64,000 nt of DNA from Candidatus Bathyarchaeota archaeon (GCA_963806535.1 CAWDYC010000007.1:333043-397042), one strand, 5' to 3'. Numbered from the stretch's first letter, positions 42,452 to 52,793 are shown. A program made the numbers and translations. The notes: generated by a model from the sequence alone, not told the origin.

Positions 42452-44044
42452 TTAACGGTAGCTAAGAAATTTACTGATATTCTTTAACAGTAGATTAGAA
42501 ACGTCTATAGTCTCTTCATCAATAGCTATTACGTAAACATCTATTACGTTTCCTACTTTAGTTCTCATCATCGCTTTTTGAGCAAAGTAGGGCAAGGTTG
42601 GAGCTATTGTATATAGCACAACATGAATATGGTTAGTTAGGATAATTTGTTCCAACCATTCAGTAAGGTCTGGTGCATTAGGAAATATGTATAGATCCCC
42701 GCTTTCACCAAAATTTAGTGCTAAACTTTTTTCATCATCATTTAACTCAAAAATGTACTTTGGAAAAACTCGTTTTCCATGATCAAACGTTGCAAAGTCC
42801 CAGTACTGATATAGATTTAGTTGAGAATCGCAAGGCGCCTTAGGAAGCAATTTTCCGTTTTCTTCAAAAAAGTCAGTGTACCCTAATGCAGCGGCACCCA
42901 TTCCTTGATTAATTACCTTTTTTCGGCTTCTTGCAATTTGGTAATCTGCAAGATAGCTGCTAATTGAGCCTTGTAAGTGTTTTACCGCATTAAAAGTTTT
43001 ATGAAAATCATCGAAAGTTATTGTTTCGGAGTACTTAGTCAAAACCAACAGTTTGTCATTAATACGGATCTCGAGTTCGTTGTGGGCTATGGCGTTTCTA
43101 AGGTGTGTGTTATAACTTGATTTGATTTCAAAGGGTAAGTTTGGTTGAAGGTATTCTACCTTATCTGCAAGACTAGATACTTTCCTCGGCTTTCCTTTGA
43201 CTTTAATTGGCGGCAATTCTACCGCTGAAAAAGGAGTTTCCTGAACTAGCTTTCCGTTAATAATATTTAGTATATTAAGAAGAAAATCAAGGTAGACATC
43301 AATTTCTACTGTGTCTTGATACGTTGATAGCTCTAATTGTATTTTCATCCTCTCAGAATTTACCTTCTTAGTGTTTATCAGACCCTCCTGCAATGATTTT
43401 GTTGAATTTTGAGATTGTAGGACCCTTAACATATCCTCTTTGCCGTAAATGTTCATTGTAGCATGGTGGCTTTTTTTCCAGTCGCAGACTGCTAAGTAGA
43501 GCTTCTCGAATTCTTCTGGGTTTGTTTTAAACGCATCATCCAAGAGTTTCTGCACTTCTGGCATGGGTTTGTATGATATGTCTGGGAAATGATTGAACAG
43601 GACTTCCATAAAATCATAATAACCTACTAGCATTTCTGCATGCGTATTAGTGGGAAATAGACCCAGGGCCAATTTGCTCAATGCTTCAACATCCTCTGGT
43701 TTCATATTTTGTTCCGTCTTTGTTACAAACTCATCTCTTTCGTCAATAAATTCGGTAATCTCTTCGAAACGCTTGAGGAATTGAAAGTTTAGCATTTCTT
43801 CCTCGTAACCTTTGCATACTTTGCACGGCACATTGCTAGATTGATATCTCTTCTTTAGTTGCTCTGCTCTTTCATGCGATAATAACATTAATTCGCCGCA
43901 CTCACACTGGTGTACCTCAAGCTCCGGGTACTTACCTCCGAGTACATCCTTTACATGATCCAAAAAATTGTTACTTAAAATGCCGTGACCTCTTTTTTCA
44001 AAGAGCTTCTCGAAGCTTCGCTTCATCAATTTCTTTCCACTCAT
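42452..44044 (-). CDS. Putative HEPN-domain protein with N-terminal Zn-binding motif
   Basis: CECG..CKVC and LRNAIAHN (R-x4-H) at 43082-43099. Confidence 0.6.
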   Translation of the reverse strand: MSGKKLMKRSFEKLFEKRGHGILSNNFLDHVKDVLGGKYPELEVHQCECGELMLLSHERAEQLKKRYQSSNVPCKVCKGYEEEMLNFQFLKRFEEITEFIDERDEFVTKTEQNMKPEDVEALSKLALGLFPTNTHAEMLVGYYDFMEVLFNHFPDISYKPMPEVQKLLDDAFKTNPEEFEKLYLAVCDWKKSHHATMNIYGKEDMLRVLQSQNSTKSLQEGLINTKKVNSERMKIQLELSTYQDTVEIDVYLDFLLNILNIINGKLVQETPFSAVELPPIKVKGKPRKVSSLADKVEYLQPNLPFEIKSSYNTHLRNAIAHNELEIRINDKLLVLTKYSETITFDDFHKTFNAVKHLQGSISSYLADYQIARSRKKVINQGMGAAALGYTDFFEENGKLLPKAPCDSQLNLYQYWDFATFDHGKRVFPKYIFELNDDEKSLALNFGESGDLYIFPNAPDLTEWLEQIILTNHIHVVLYTIAPTLPYFAQKAMMRTKVGNVIDVYVIAIDEETIDVSNLLLKNISKFLSYR

Positions 44045-44171
44045 TAATTTTCACCATTCCTATCGCTCCCTTAATTTATACTGTTAGTGGATTATTCTTT
44101 AGAGGTCTTTTATTGAGAGTATTTTTGTTTTGCGCTCCTGTAAATAATCCCAAGATTAATCGGAGTTTGCC

Positions 44172-44199
44172 GGGAATTCGAACCCCAATTTCATATTAA
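44172..44199 (-). repeat. Degenerate tRNA T-arm-like scar C
   Basis: Plus strand GGGAATTCGAACCCCAATTTCATATTAA aligns with scars A and B. Confidence 0.6.
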
Positions 44200-44300
44200 G
44201 CTATCTATTTGGAGCACAATCCATTGGTTTTTCAGTTGAACGGTTAAGTCCATCCAATTTAATTGGCAAACAATAAATTATTTATCCTGAGAATTAACTC

Positions 44301-46107
44301 TTAATATGCCTCTAATGCTTGAAAATACGACAAGAAGTCACCAATTAAGCGGGTGCTAAATAATTCGAAAATCTCTTTAATTGTCCGCATGTCTTCTCTA
44401 TCCGTCAGTATGAAAAAAATTGGAATGGTTTCTAACTCGACTTCTAAAACATTCTTTAATGACGATAGATTATCGACTTTATCCTTAAAGCAGTCTTCGA
44501 GTCTTCTAAAAAAGTAATAGTTCACGAGCAAATTAACATTAGCATCTGGAACTTGCTTCTCTAAGAAAGCTTCCATGGTGTGAAGTTTTAACGCAGTAAT
44601 GGGATTGGTTCGTGCGGAAAATAAAATATCTTGGAATACCACAGCTAAATTAGTTACATCCTCCGATTTACTTCCAGCAAAGGCGCGCTCTAATAAATTA
44701 GAAAAAACCTTTGCAGTAACGACAATCATAGTTTTATTTATCTGATCAAGCTTCACGAAATCAAATTCCAAGTTTATTGCTTCAGAATGTTCTTTCAACC
44801 GTGCAGTAGGTGAAGTCAAATAATGCATTATATATACCATAGATTCATCAAAAAGTTTTAGCAAGGAATAGGATTTTGAAATAAAAAGAACTGTTGGAGA
44901 CGATGAAGCCGAATCAAGCAATCGTTGATTTTCACGGGCACGATAGAGAATTTGGGCAGTATATTCCTTCACACGGTCATCGGGCATTAAAAGATAGCCC
45001 ATAATTGCTCTGGCAGTAATAGTAGGGCTAGCGAAACTATTCCCAGCAATATCCAAAACATTGGTCGCTGAATGAAAGATTCTTATTAAAAGAGAATCGG
45101 AAAAAGATCTCTCTAAGCCCTCGTAAAACGTTTCATATATTTTCTCTCTTAAATAATTCATTGATTCCATAAAATCTTTGTCGTCAACAAAACAAAATTC
45201 AGATTTCTTAACATCAACTTTGAAAGTATCGTTCTTAACCTTTTCAGTAAAAGAAAGGTATTTTTTTAAGTCTTCAGACTGGAGTTGAGCGCCTAAATTT
45301 GCATGATGCGCATCCCTCGCTATCCAATCAATTCTATCTCCGTTTATTCCACCAACTTTGTGATAGGTCCCCACGATGGTGGTAAGCAAGTGAATCTTTC
45401 GAAGTAGCTCTTTATTTTCGATTTCATCAAATAGTGGTCGTTTTTCTTCCATGATGATTTGAGCAACCACTTTCTCAAGGTTAGACCTGATATCTTCATC
45501 CTCTATTTCTTTTGAACAAATATTGAGAGCTTTTTTGATCTGATCATTTTTTAGCAGCAAATATAAAGTGATTGCACTGTCCAGTTTCTTAGGGGTATAA
45601 GTTTCCATTGTTTGTCCAAGTAATTCGACAACAAAACCTGTAATTCCGTCTAAAGCGTGTCCCCATGCAGGATGACCTAAGTCATGCAATAAAGCCGCAA
45701 TCCTTAGAACGACTTCTTCATCATTTGTTATTTTAAGTGCGTTTTCGTCTTCTTTAGCTGGTAAAGAAGAGAGCTTCGAAAGGATGCTGCTGCTTTTTTG
45801 CATAACTCCGTAGACTATGCTCATATCTCGTGTGGGTAGCCCCCGGAAACAAGATGTGAGTACTTGATAGTTGCCTAATCTCCCTGAGTCGCATTACCAA
45901 AGGCAATTGAACAAGATACATTATGTACTTTGGAAGATCGGTTTTCCCGTAAATAGGCAGTATTTCAGAACTCGCCTTTACCTTATCATAATCATTTATG
46001 ATTTGTCCTGGTTCCCGATCATAACTTGATTCGTAATATCCTACTAATTCATAGAAAAGAGGGCCAAAAATGTTGTAGGTGTCTCGCCAGTATACTGGAG
46101 ATGTCAC
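44301..46107 (-). CDS. HD-domain phosphohydrolase (SAMHD1/YwfO dNTPase-like), frameshifted near 45810
   Basis: RLREIRQL..FPGATHTRYEHSL in ORF 45754-46107, then AALLHDLGH..GH and DRIDWIARD in ORF 44301-45824. Confidence 0.85.
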
Positions 46108-46493
46108 GTAGAAGTAACCACACAGGGGCTTTCTTTAACAGCTTCGTTTATCCTGATGGTGTATTGGTCAAAAAGCTTAACTCCTGTTAGATTTGCTGAA
46201 TCTTCTACTACCTTAACTATTTTGTTCAATTTTGTTTGGTCTGTAATTTTTATTCTTACTTTTTCTATATTATTCTCGTTGCCTTCTAATTGAACAATTC
46301 CGAGTTTCTGCAAGTATCTAAAATCGTCATAAAGATCTTCTTCACCATCGTGAAACACCAGTTTCTTTTTTCGCCAAAGAATATCAAATACAAAATCGGA
46401 AAATTCTTTGAATTGCAAATCATCGCACTTTTGTGGACGCCCTTCACATTTCTCGCAATATTTTCCAAATATATACGTTGTATAAGTCCACAT
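46104..46493 (-). CDS. Small Cys-containing winged-helix-like protein coupled to the HD gene
   Basis: CEKC..C; EDLYDDFRYLQKLGIV; 4-nt overlap with the HD gene. Confidence 0.55.
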   Translation of the reverse strand: MWTYTTYIFGKYCEKCEGRPQKCDDLQFKEFSDFVFDILWRKKKLVFHDGEEDLYDDFRYLQKLGIVQLEGNENNIEKVRIKITDQTKLNKIVKVVEDSANLTGVKLFDQYTIRINEAVKESPCVVTST

Positions 46494-46628
46494 TTCAATT
46501 TCTCCTCAATATCCTTCTATTGCATTCCGTAACTTAGGGTTTTTGGTGTGTTACAGGTTACGTAACGCATAACGCTAATTAAGTACTTTAGGTATTTATT
46601 TTTTGCCCTCAGTCCAGGTGTCCATCAA

Positions 46629-47384
46629 TTGTCTTTTGATATACTTCGCAAAGAGAAAACCGTGGATATACTCCTAACCTTACTTAAGGGGGCTAAAGGA
46701 ATTAGGGAAATCCAAGAATCAATTGGCGGCAGTAATTCAACGCTTATTCAAAGAATCAAAGAATTATTACTTGAGGAATGCTTAATCGATGATTACTTAA
46801 CTGGAGAAGAATTTGGAAAAATACCGAGAAACAAACGCTTGATTCGATTAACACCTAAGGGAAAGAAAATAGTTGATTCTCTAATAGAATCTGGGTTCGT
46901 TAAACAATCTTGTCTTGAAAAAGATAGACAAAAATGGATTCTTTGCTCGCTTGATATTCTGGCAAATGTCAAAGGAAATACAAGAATGACAAAACTGCTT
47001 TTCTTGCTTCGAAATGAATTAGGGGCAAGAACAGGTAATTTTTTCAGGTTCAAACCTCATTTTTATGGTCCATACTCAAATCAGGTGGCTGATGATCTAA
47101 TTTCTATTGAAAAACTTGGGCTATTATACAAAAGAGCAATTCGTTTCAAGAAGCGAGACTGTGGAGATGAACGAGTTGTTTACGAATATTCGCTTACAGA
47201 AAACGGCAAATCAGTCAGCCAAGAACTTTTTAAGACGCTTCAACCTGGTGAAATCAAAGCAATTCAAAGACTCAAAATTTACAATCAGATGCCCCTCGAT
47301 GATTTGCTAAAATATGTTTATCGCCAATACCCGAGTTTTACCACTAAATCCAGGAATACTCAAAAAAACCCTTGGAGAAAGTAA
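46629..47384 (+). CDS. Winged HTH fused to a Panacea/DUF4065 (SocA/YwgA-like) domain
   Basis: N-terminal HxlR-like HTH; TRMTKLLFLL..FRFKPHFYGPYSNQVADDL signature. Confidence 0.75.
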   Translation: MSFDILRKEKTVDILLTLLKGAKGIREIQESIGGSNSTLIQRIKELLLEECLIDDYLTGEEFGKIPRNKRLIRLTPKGKKIVDSLIESGFVKQSCLEKDRQKWILCSLDILANVKGNTRMTKLLFLLRNELGARTGNFFRFKPHFYGPYSNQVADDLISIEKLGLLYKRAIRFKKRDCGDERVVYEYSLTENGKSVSQELFKTLQPGEIKAIQRLKIYNQMPLDDLLKYVYRQYPSFTTKSRNTQKNPWRK

Positions 47385-47460
47385 TGTTGGATAAAAGAAT
47401 GCTATTTTTATTATGTAGTATAGACTTTGAAGATTTGTTAACTTACCGCAAAAGTTTAAT

Positions 47461-48576
47461 TTGTTTCCTAACAATGAGGGTTTCCAAGAAGAAAATTCGG
47501 GGAGTGCCACTTTGTCTGAGCAGATAGTGCAAATTGTTGATAGAAATACCTTGTACATGCACTACGATAAAGTTTACACTATGCGAGGGAGAAAGCCCTC
47601 TCTGAAGGCTTTAATTGTGTTATCAGATATTTCTGTTAACGAATTGGAAGACTGTCTAAAACGCAAGTATAGTCTACATAAACAATACTTCATAAAAGTA
47701 AATCCGTTGAGCGATTCGCTCTATAGCGTTGTTATTCAAAGGACAATTGGTATCGAACAAATACGAGATGAAGTCTTCATCGATACTGGATGCAAAGGAA
47801 TCTGGATAATTCTAACCGAGGCTGAATCCTACTTCGTTAAGCGTGTTGTCGAGTCTTTATGCAAAAAGATGTATCCATTAATTTCAATGTTTTACCTAAA
47901 CTATTCTCAGATGCGTTTTCTTACCGAAACCATTGAGAAAACCTGCGAAGGGGAAGTTGCGCTTACTTACTTTACAATAAAAAGATTCAAGGATGATGAT
48001 GAAGCAACCGAGGCAATGTGGGCTAAGGACGTTGATAAGGAAATCAAAAGATTGTTGCTTGACGGATTTACTGTAAAAGTTGATAGATTGGAATTTAAGC
48101 TAAAAGACAAAGAAGGAGCAATCCTCAGAGCCCAGCTATCCAGAAAAGGGATCTGTGAATTGAAATATGGAAGCTTCTCGTCATTTTACCAGAATGTTGT
48201 TTTTAACGCAATAGAATATGGATTAACCCAAAAGAAATTCTATTCAGAACGGCAAAGAAGCGTAGAGAAAGGAACAATACAGGTCTTTCCTCTAAAAATT
48301 GATTATGATTATTATATTCACGAAGAGCAAATGGCACGTTTTATTAAGAAAATAACTGGTAGTTATTCATGCTCTGTTGTTCATGCAGGAAATCCATATT
48401 TTGTTGCTGATTTATGTGATTACGGGGACGGTTCATCATTTGGTCTCGCTATTTTAGGAAGTTCAATCACCCTAACTCCAATTTCTAGAGCCAATGCTTC
48501 TGCAGTATGGAAATTAACTGGTGAACTTCAGGAAATATTCGGGGACGGCAAGGTCATAGATGTTAAAATGGAGTAA
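47461..48576 (+). CDS. Hypothetical protein
   Basis: 371-aa ORF, 5 nt from the next gene; conserved-looking HAGNPY..DGSSF segment; no family recognised. Confidence 0.7.
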   Translation: MFPNNEGFQEENSGSATLSEQIVQIVDRNTLYMHYDKVYTMRGRKPSLKALIVLSDISVNELEDCLKRKYSLHKQYFIKVNPLSDSLYSVVIQRTIGIEQIRDEVFIDTGCKGIWIILTEAESYFVKRVVESLCKKMYPLISMFYLNYSQMRFLTETIEKTCEGEVALTYFTIKRFKDDDEATEAMWAKDVDKEIKRLLLDGFTVKVDRLEFKLKDKEGAILRAQLSRKGICELKYGSFSSFYQNVVFNAIEYGLTQKKFYSERQRSVEKGTIQVFPLKIDYDYYIHEEQMARFIKKITGSYSCSVVHAGNPYFVADLCDYGDGSSFGLAILGSSITLTPISRANASAVWKLTGELQEIFGDGKVIDVKME

Positions 48577-48581
48577 AAGCA

Positions 48582-49640
48582 TTGTTTAGTCTGCTAACTA
48601 AACAACAGCAGTATGAAAAGGAAATCCGAAAGTATTCAGATACAGTCGCAGTTCTGTCTGCAGTTTATAGCATTTTGAAGCAAAATCCCCCAATCGCAGA
48701 GTATGTTGGTGTTGAAACCAGACTGATGAATGAGCGTGGGAAAGAAATTGAACCAGACTTAACTGCAATGTACGATATGCGAAGGAAAGGGTTGCTTTTC
48801 GAATTCAAGTGGTCAATGTCGTTTTCGGATGAATGGCTTAAACAAGATATTGAGAGTCTCGAAGAGTATTCAATAAAATGTTCAAAGTGGAGAAATTCCA
48901 CGGGCACAGTTGATTATCATGATCTCGTCCTTGTTTGCCACATGGAGGACGCGGCAAGAGCAACGGAATTAATTACTAAAATGGCGAGTAATTCTAAATA
49001 CGCGTATTTGGCTTCTGAGGGATTTGCTGTGTGGACATGGATTATTTCTGTTTCTCGGAAAGGTGGTTGTGGAGAAAACCTCATTTTGACTAGACAATAT
49101 GGAAAGATACGTAATTCAGACTTAGACAATAAAACAAAACCTCCGACGGGACTGGTTCTTCCTGACGAAGCATTAACCTATCTCAGAACCTCTTTTCATT
49201 TTATTAAAATGAAGCCTCCAGTTCAATATACGATAATAAAACTAATCCAACATGTTTTCTCTCAATTCCAAGATTCAAGACGGGGCAAGGATGTTTATGA
49301 GTTAACGACTGACATGATTTACGAAAAAGCTCAGGTAATTTTCTTTTCTTGGAGAGATATAGATGTACAAACCGTACAAGCAAAGAGAAAATGGGTTGTT
49401 GAGGCATTAGAAATGATGTACGCGTTGAAATTAATAGGAAAGACAATTGACAAGTCTAAGTGGCTCGTACCAATACCTACAACGCGCCCTAGGATTCAAA
49501 TGCAAGAGGCCATCTGTAAGAAACTAGCAAAATATACCCTGAAAGAGACTTCTCCCAGAAAACACAGATTAAAACCTCCTAAATCTGATAGCAAACCTCG
49601 ACCGGGACTGAAAGCAACTACATTAATGGATTATAAATGA
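48582..49640 (+). CDS. Putative PD-(D/E)XK nuclease-domain protein
   Basis: E..EPDL..LLFEFKWS pattern in the N-terminal half. Confidence 0.6.
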   Translation: MFSLLTKQQQYEKEIRKYSDTVAVLSAVYSILKQNPPIAEYVGVETRLMNERGKEIEPDLTAMYDMRRKGLLFEFKWSMSFSDEWLKQDIESLEEYSIKCSKWRNSTGTVDYHDLVLVCHMEDAARATELITKMASNSKYAYLASEGFAVWTWIISVSRKGGCGENLILTRQYGKIRNSDLDNKTKPPTGLVLPDEALTYLRTSFHFIKMKPPVQYTIIKLIQHVFSQFQDSRRGKDVYELTTDMIYEKAQVIFFSWRDIDVQTVQAKRKWVVEALEMMYALKLIGKTIDKSKWLVPIPTTRPRIQMQEAICKKLAKYTLKETSPRKHRLKPPKSDSKPRPGLKATTLMDYK

Positions 49641-49655
49641 TACGATAAGTTTTGT

Positions 49656-49698
49656 TGGCGCTGGGGGAAGGGATTCGAACCCCAATTTAATAGTAAAC
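49656..49698 (-). repeat. tRNA 3'-end-like att scar B
   Basis: Minus strand GGGGTTCGAATCCCTTCCCCCAGCGCCA; plus-strand tail AATTTAATAGTAAAC; direct repeat of scar A. Confidence 0.75.
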
Positions 49699-49812
49699 CG
49701 CTAAGGTTTTGCTTACTTTCTTTCTGACAATGGTGGTAGAACGCAGCTTATCGTTAAAGCAATCGTTAGAACTAAAAATCATAAAGAAGAACCAAGGTTT
49801 TGAACCCATTTT

Positions 49813-49942
49813 CAGACTGGTAAAAACTATTTTTGATTTCAGAAAATTGCTATTTTTATATCGTTTTGCAGTGTTTAGAACCTTTCTTTTCAGATGTAAG
49901 TAGCAATTTTTAAAACTAAATTTGAGTTTTTTACACAGCCTG
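49813..49942. mobile_element. 130-bp MITE with IS1182-like ends
   Basis: Ends CAGACTGGTAAAAACT and AGTTTTTTACACAGCCTG resemble the IS ends at 60642 and 62286; internal IR AAAATTGCTA/TAGCAATTTT; ATTTT on both flanks. Confidence 0.7.
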
Positions 49943-50296
49943 ATTTTGGGTTAAAACCATAGAGACTCAAATCGTTTCTGATTCGAATCCAACCATAAAT
50001 AAATTTCTCACCTACTTGTCCTCATTTCTTGAGTTTCAGGGTTTCTACTTCTGCATCGTTTATGTATCATACTAACAAGCCGCACTCCCAACTTTTAGGT
50101 GAAGGGGGCGAACAAGAGAAGGAGCTAGAGCGATTGCTCGCTAAATATCTGGTGTAGCAGAAATAGCCTCAATCTTAAAAAACTATTTATTTCGACCCAA
50201 TGGGTACGCACAAAGCATAAATGCAAACTGAATCAATATTCACGACGGGGTTCAGTTTCGCATCCAATATGCTTCCAGTTACCTAAAAAAGATTAG

Positions 50297-51625
50297 TTAG
50301 GTACTGGGCTTTATTTTTTGCTCTCTAAGTTCTTCATTAGTGTACTCCCTAATTATACCCTGTAAGCCTTTGCTTATTATCCACATAAAAACATAGGATA
50401 AAACAAAAACCGTACCAAGAACTGCTGGTATAGCAAGCAACTGAAGCCCAAGTTGGTGCAAGGCTTGCATGCCGCCACCAAATAATAGACCATTTGGTAA
50501 GCCAGAGCCACCTCCAAAAGAAGCGTATGAATACTGCGCAAAGAACGCCACCATAACAAAACCAAATATACCGCCAAGAAAATGACCTGGAAAAAGACCA
50601 ACTGGATCAGTAAACCATTTGGCTCTCTGAAATAATTTCTCACCTAAAAGAAATACAATTGAACCTAATATTCCAAGAATTACAGCGCTACCTGGACTAA
50701 CATAACCGGCAACGGGTGTGATAACGATTAAACCGATAAGAATACCATTTGCAGCATACATTATACCCGGCAGTTTTCTTATCTCTAGAAACTTGAAAAA
50801 CATGGTAAATAGGAAACCAGTTGAAGCAGCCAAGAAAGTGATCAATACCACAATGTAGGATTGGATATTTAGCGCTAATGTGCTTCCTGGATTGAAACCA
50901 AACCAGCCGAGCCAAAGCAGAAGAATTGACAAAGATAGCCAAGGCGTGTTTGGCTTAGCCTGTATCTGCGGGCTTTCTCTGAATCCTTTCTTTTTTTCCT
51001 CTTGCCAAACTCTTAAAACAATTGCTAAACCTGCCGCCCCTGCAGCTCCATGAACAACCAATCCACCTGCAAAATCTCTTATACCCATAACAAAGAGCCA
51101 GCCTTGCGGATTCCAAATCCAAGCGGCTGGCAATGCCCAAATGAGAACAAAGTAGGGAATTGAAAAAAGAAAGAAGGCTTCCAACTTCATTTTCTTCAAA
51201 ACAATTACGCCAACTAACGCAAGGGTTACAGTCGCAAACGCAGTTTCAAAGAAAAAATAAGATGGAAGAGTAACTAGATTGTTAAAATACTTTGGACCCA
51301 TTGACCACCAAACTTGGGTGAAAATATCAGCGGAGTTGCTTTGAAAACCCCCCATGAACGGGAAATTATAAAGTGGATTACCTATCAAGCCCCTGCCTAT
51401 TGTTGGTGCAAAGGCAACGCTAAAACCAATGAATGCCATGAAAAAGAAGCCTGAGCACGATATCATAATATTCTTTAATAATGCTCTATTGGCACCTCTG
51501 CCAAGTTCGCCCCTCTCCAGTATTCCAACTGAAATAGTCATGATGAAAACAAGAACACCGCATATCAAAACCCAAAGATTATTGAAAAGATTTTCTGCAG
51601 GAAGAGCTGACATCTTGGCATCCAT
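50297..51625 (-). CDS. amt: Ammonium transporter (Amt family)
   Basis: DFAGGLVVH, WLGWFGFNPGS, ITP, second His in DPVGLFPGH. Confidence 0.92.
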   Translation of the reverse strand: MDAKMSALPAENLFNNLWVLICGVLVFIMTISVGILERGELGRGANRALLKNIMISCSGFFFMAFIGFSVAFAPTIGRGLIGNPLYNFPFMGGFQSNSADIFTQVWWSMGPKYFNNLVTLPSYFFFETAFATVTLALVGVIVLKKMKLEAFFLFSIPYFVLIWALPAAWIWNPQGWLFVMGIRDFAGGLVVHGAAGAAGLAIVLRVWQEEKKKGFRESPQIQAKPNTPWLSLSILLLWLGWFGFNPGSTLALNIQSYIVVLITFLAASTGFLFTMFFKFLEIRKLPGIMYAANGILIGLIVITPVAGYVSPGSAVILGILGSIVFLLGEKLFQRAKWFTDPVGLFPGHFLGGIFGFVMVAFFAQYSYASFGGGSGLPNGLLFGGGMQALHQLGLQLLAIPAVLGTVFVLSYVFMWIISKGLQGIIREYTNEELREQKIKPST

Positions 51626-51644
51626 CCCTTAGGCTACTTCGGCA

Positions 51645-52793
51645 CTATAGTAGCACCATTGCAAAATGATGCATTAACTGCATAAGCACTGGAGCACTGC
51701 CACTTGTTAACATAATTATTTGCGCCGGAGCTATTGAAGGCAAAACTTTTGCTCCCAACTCTATAAGCCAAGCAGTGAACACAAACGGGCCAGTTAGGGT
51801 GGGCAGATTGAAACGTCCTGTTATTGTTGCCATGAAAGCCGTTACTACAGTTGAGAAAGCCGTGGCGAAAAGCATTACGAAGAAGTTAATTGGTGCACCA
51901 TTGAAGGGACTTATTGGCCAGAGGAACCCAACAAAGACACCCATGACAGCCAAGGCGGTTAAAGTTCCGTTAAAACCGTACAGCCCAATTAAGACAGATG
52001 ATCTGTCAGCTTTGAAGGCAATAGCTGCTAATGTTGCAGAAAGAGTACCTATGAATGCTGTGATTCCAGCAAAGTATATTGGATATTGCACTGGGAACCC
52101 ATAAGGGTTTAATGGGATGGTGGCGAGGGTTAATCCGATGAAAATTAAAACGCCTGTCTTCCAGTTTTCCTGAAAGAATACTTGAGCGATGCCTGTAAAG
52201 ACCAATTTTACAAATCCACTAGCGGTGAATTCACTTAATCGTAGGGGCTCTTTTTTCTCCGTGTCATTCGGGTTTTTGAGTAATGTGCTTCTTTGTTTTG
52301 GTGCAGGCGGAGGACCAGCCAACTTCACGCCGGAAAACTTTTTAGCTGCAAACAGGAAAATCCAAGTTGTTAATACAAACGCTGAAGTTTCAACAGGAAG
52401 GCCAAAAATTTTAGTGAACCAAATTAACGAAGCAGTAATAAATCCAGTTATTAAAGCGCCTATAACCGCTGCGGTTGTGGCTGACCGTCCTTTCTCAAGG
52501 AATGTATCGCCTAATGCGATAGCCGTTAAAACAGAGTTAAACCCAAAGATTCCATAAGTTAGCGCATTATCGGGTGAAGATAACGAAGCTGGGACCAACT
52601 CTATGCCTAGAGCTAAACCCACCAAACTACCTGCTATTGAACCAATGACAGCAAAGGCGGCTGCCCTTTTTGAGTTAATAGCCAGAGCAATTACAAAGAT
52701 AATTCCAACTAGAGGTGAGCCCATGAAGAAAACTTGAGCAACTCCGTTGAGAACGAAATTTATGGTTCCTGAAATTGGATCCAATAAAACCAC
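51645..52793 (-). CDS. Urea transporter (UT/Yut family)
   Basis: Duplicated GVAQVFF/GIAQVFF, GIFGFN/GLYGFN, LPVETSAF/LPTLTGPF. Confidence 0.88.
   Translation of the reverse strand: MVLLDPISGTINFVLNGVAQVFFMGSPLVGIIFVIALAINSKRAAAFAVIGSIAGSLVGLALGIELVPASLSSPDNALTYGIFGFNSVLTAIALGDTFLEKGRSATTAAVIGALITGFITASLIWFTKIFGLPVETSAFVLTTWIFLFAAKKFSGVKLAGPPPAPKQRSTLLKNPNDTEKKEPLRLSEFTASGFVKLVFTGIAQVFFQENWKTGVLIFIGLTLATIPLNPYGFPVQYPIYFAGITAFIGTLSATLAAIAFKADRSSVLIGLYGFNGTLTALAVMGVFVGFLWPISPFNGAPINFFVMLFATAFSTVVTAFMATITGRFNLPTLTGPFVFTAWLIELGAKVLPSIAPAQIIMLTSGSAPVLMQLMHHFAMVLL

Noticed and set aside
49709-49903. 64-aa ORF containing GFEP as a split-integrase fragment
   Set aside because: It runs through the MITE and shows no tyrosine-recombinase motifs; GFEP simply reflects the T-loop-like DNA
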